The position numbers and the translations under genes are program-made. Shown piece by piece: positions 18,129 to 21,067 of a stretch of 21,067 nt of DNA. The notes below the pieces were generated by a model. The model was not told where the DNA came from. It ran no database searches and worked only from the letters and a program-made list of their open reading frames with translations. The first letter of the stretch is position 1. The number at the start of each line of letters is the position of its first letter. The stretch comes from Macrostomum lignano (lineage: Eukaryota), in contig NIVC01005211.1 in NCBI GenBank assembly GCA_002269645.1, forward strand, positions 1 to 21,067, read 5' to 3'.

Positions 18129-18899
18129 TGTACTAGTGCTATGCCTTTATCATAGTATACTCGAATGTTCTTTCAATGTAATAACTGTATATTCGAATCT
18201 TTCTTAGAAACTGAATCTACGCGAACGCCAAATAATAGTTTGTTTTAATGCGCGAAATAAATTGGAGAATTATTTTTTGTTTTAATCGTATGTGGGGAAA
18301 ATCACTATATATAGGAGCGGTTTTGCGACAAATATACTCTAACTGTCTTTTACTCGTGAGCAAATAATTGCGAACAGAATAAGCAGTTCAATCTAAACCA
18401 TTTCAAAGTCTTTGAGCTAAATAGCGACTTATTTATTTGCAAAACCTGTGAAACGATTCTAAGAAATTTGCTAAGAGAAGGGAATTGGGACTAATTCTTG
18501 GAGATATACCAAGAGAGGCGCCGTGACCCTCTAGTCTCGGTGAACGCCCGATTAGGACTATACACTAATACATATACCAGTACTAGACCGCTCAGGCCAT
18601 AAGCTACTAGAACGCTACCAGAAAGCAAGCCATAAGCTACCAGAAACGCTACTAAGAACGCTACCAGAAACGCTACTAAGAACGCTACCCAGAAATATTT
18701 AAATGAAATTCTAAGAAATAGTTAGGGAGTAAAAGCAAGTATAATCAGGATAACTGTAGTTGGCAAATCGGTGGGATTAAAATTGATAAAGTAAGAGGTG
18801 AAAGGCCTGTAACAACTTTGGTAGCAGCTCGTAGGATATTTAATAAACACTAATAATAGTTAGAAGTTTAGAAAGACAGAGCCAAAAAGACCTGTCACA
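18129..18899 (+). repeat. 3' LTR of element B (771 bp)
   Basis: Direct repeat of 10196-10963. Confidence 0.96.
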
Positions 18900-19560
18900 T
18901 TTATAGTATAATAAAAGTTTTTTAATTCTTGGCATGGCCTAACCTGCTAACCATTAGTCTAGGCTTATGTTGTTATCAATTTTTTATTCAGCTTTAGTTT
19001 AATTAATAAGGCCAAGAAATCAAAATAATTGTCTATTAGACTAGGCCTATTAAATTTAAATAGTTTTTGGCTTTAAATCAAAATTAGAAGTTTGGAAATT
19101 GGATATTGATAAATGGTTCAAAGTAAAATAATAAAAGCAAAATACAACTTGAATACCTTATATTTTGAGGCTCTATTCTCTATTCAATAAAAAATTATAA
19201 CCTTATTATTTGCTCTAGGCCTATTTGCTTTAATCCATATTTTCAAAGATCATTTAAGTAGTCTACTGAGCCTTAGGAGCCACCAAAGTAGTCTGCTTAG
19301 AATCAAAGGCTATCACTCATTAGCTAGCTAGAGCAATCTACTAAGCCTTAGAAGCCATTAAAATAATCTATTAAGCTCCAAGTCCATTGATATTATTAGT
19401 GCAACATATCATTTTCATAGATATTCCAATATATTTTTCAAGTGCTATGCCTAGTGATTCAACAAATGTGAACATGTTAAATGCCTACTTAAATCTGCAT
19501 GTTCAATGCCTGCTTTATAAAGTTTTTGGGTCATTTTAAAGCATAGGCTTTTATACACGA

Positions 19561-19611
19561 TATATAGTATACTGTATAATACACTTATACACTATATATT
19601 TATACACTATA
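19561..19611. repeat. Degenerate (TATACAC)n microsatellite, left half, split by the solo LTR
   Basis: The same TATACACTATATA motifs resume at 20499. Confidence 0.75.
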
Positions 19612-20498
19612 TGTAACAGGGGTTTGCTTCCCTCTTTAGCTATCCCACTGCTGGTACCAAATTGTAACAGTGGTTATTGTTCTCTCTATTTAAATCTCTA
19701 CTGCTGACACCAAAGTTGTTACAAGGCTAACTTCCTACACTAATCTTTAATTGTTCTTGTTAAGTTGGTAGCTGCCACCAGGATTATTCCATTAATAAAT
19801 TATGAGTTTATCAATCTTAGAATAATCCGATAAATGTTTCTTAGAATAGGTCTGAGTATTTAGTCTGAGTATTTGGTCTGAGTATTTATTCTGAGTATTT
19901 AGTCTGAGTATTATTCTTAGAAAACTGTTAGCCCTGAAAGATTTTACTCCTCTGTTATTCTGGTAGCGTTTCTGTTATTCTGGTAGCGTTCTACTTAATA
20001 ATTAGGCCTAAGTGGTATTTTGGCTTACTGGTATATGTATTTCATGTACTTTGCAAGTCCTTGGGCATTACCGAGATCAGAGGGTCACAGCCTCTGGTTA
20101 TCTTACACGTATCACTTCAGATCTACTTTGTATTCTCTTACTACTCAATACTACTGCTTCTCAATAGTATGTACTATATACGCTTCAGTCAATTTCACTC
20201 TTACTTCGTAAAAGGAATTAACACAGAAAACACTTCTTCAATTCTTATTTTCTCGAACTCTTACTATTCGCTATCAATTACTTATTGCAGAACCGCGATG
20301 CACGAGGTTGGTCTCTCCTCCACTGAAATTGCTTCTATTTATACTAAAATTTGCTACAGTTTTAAACAAAAATTCGTTAGCGCAAAATATTATAGAAAAT
20401 ACAAGTATTAAAACAAAATATGTTTCTTAGTTTTTGGCGTGAATTCAAATTGACTAAATGGTGACTATTTTATAAAGAAATCGGGAGGGCCCTGCACA
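19612..20498 (-). mobile_element. Solo LTR (887 bp) of a family related to, but diverged from, element B
   Basis: TG...CA ends and a 4-bp TSD TATA (19608-19611 and 20499-20502). The reverse complement shares blocks with the B LTR (GTGACCCTCT..TCTCGGT, ATACATATACCAGTA, TAGAACGCTACCAGAA, TGTAACAACTTTGGT) and ends CCTGTTACA versus B's CCTGTCACA. Confidence 0.85.
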
Positions 20499-20557
20499 TA
20501 TACACTATGTACTATATACACTATATACTATACACTATATATTTATACACTATATAT
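20499..20557. repeat. Degenerate (TATACAC)n microsatellite, right half
   Basis: Continuation of 19561-19611. Confidence 0.75.
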
Positions 20558-21067
20558 TGCCTTGCTCATGTTTGTCTAAATGAAAAGCTTGCTTGTCTTT
20601 TTGATTTAAGACTTGCCACGCAATGCAAAATGCTTTCTGACAAGCCACACAATCACATTGAAAAAGCTCAAGGTGTCACTTCTCAAGAAGTTTGGAGTCC
20701 TGTAGTCTATTCTCAACTGACTCTAGAATAGTTTCAGAGAGGCAAAGTCTAGCACATTTGTTATCAAACTTTGCTTTGATAAAAACAAGAGAAAAATATG
20801 CAAAAAGTAGAAAAGAGGAGAAACTTGCATTTAGTGATCAAAAAGAAATAAATTGAAATATTTTAGGTCAGAGAGAGAATAAATTTTAATTGCATGTGAA
20901 GCAGAGCTATGTTGCACTAGCCAGGTAAAAATCAGTTGCACATACGGTAGTGTGTCAATAGTTCACACATTATGTCTGATGTTTGTAGTTCCTCACATTA
21001 ATGCAGTTTGTAAATTTTCAGTTAGTGCAAGCCACTTCAATTAGTCAGCCATGTCGACATCTCAGAA

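Larger units (their letters stand above)
10196..18899 (+). mobile_element. Full-length Ty3/Gypsy LTR retrotransposon B with an extra third ORF (8704 bp)
   Basis: TG...CA LTRs of 768 and 771 bp. 4-bp TSD TTTA at 10192-10195 and 18900-18903. tRNA-Leu PBS, gag with CCHC, PR-RT-RH-INT, ORF3 and PPT. Clade not assigned. Confidence 0.95.

Noticed and set aside
20507-21067. 74-aa ORF at 20507-20731 and the distal sequence
   Set aside because: The ORF starts within the microsatellite and has no motif or splice support. Nothing recognisable was found in the remainder.

Overview
AT-rich animal (probably invertebrate) genomic window, about 79% transposable elements (16,647 of 21,067 bp by my boundaries). 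The ORF track misses a host gene: the last two coding exons of a FABP/CRABP-family lipid-binding protein (529-661 and 1789-1842, + strand). Their intron is almost entirely an internally deleted piggyBac (711-1754, TTAA target sites). A young, GC-rich CsRN1/Kabuki-type Gypsy element follows (2212-6536, 203-bp LTRs with 1 mismatch, ATAC TSD), inserted 8 bp after the gene's likely poly(A) signal. Next is a non-autonomous foldback/Mutator-like element with minisatellite arms (6698-8384). A second young Gypsy (10196-18899, TTTA TSD, tRNA-Leu PBS) carries an unexplained 291-aa third ORF with its own candidate promoter. An older, related solo LTR lies on the minus strand (19612-20498, TATA TSD). Most notable: (1) LTRs of the tRNA-Leu family contain polarised arrays of relic 'LTR end + primer-binding site' units separated by unique spacers, and the PBS variants resemble different tRNA-Leu isoacceptors; (2) the non-env accessory ORF3. 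Most reading-frame breaks look like single-base deletions in homopolymers, so they are probably sequencing or assembly errors. All homology calls come from motif recognition by eye; no searches were run.
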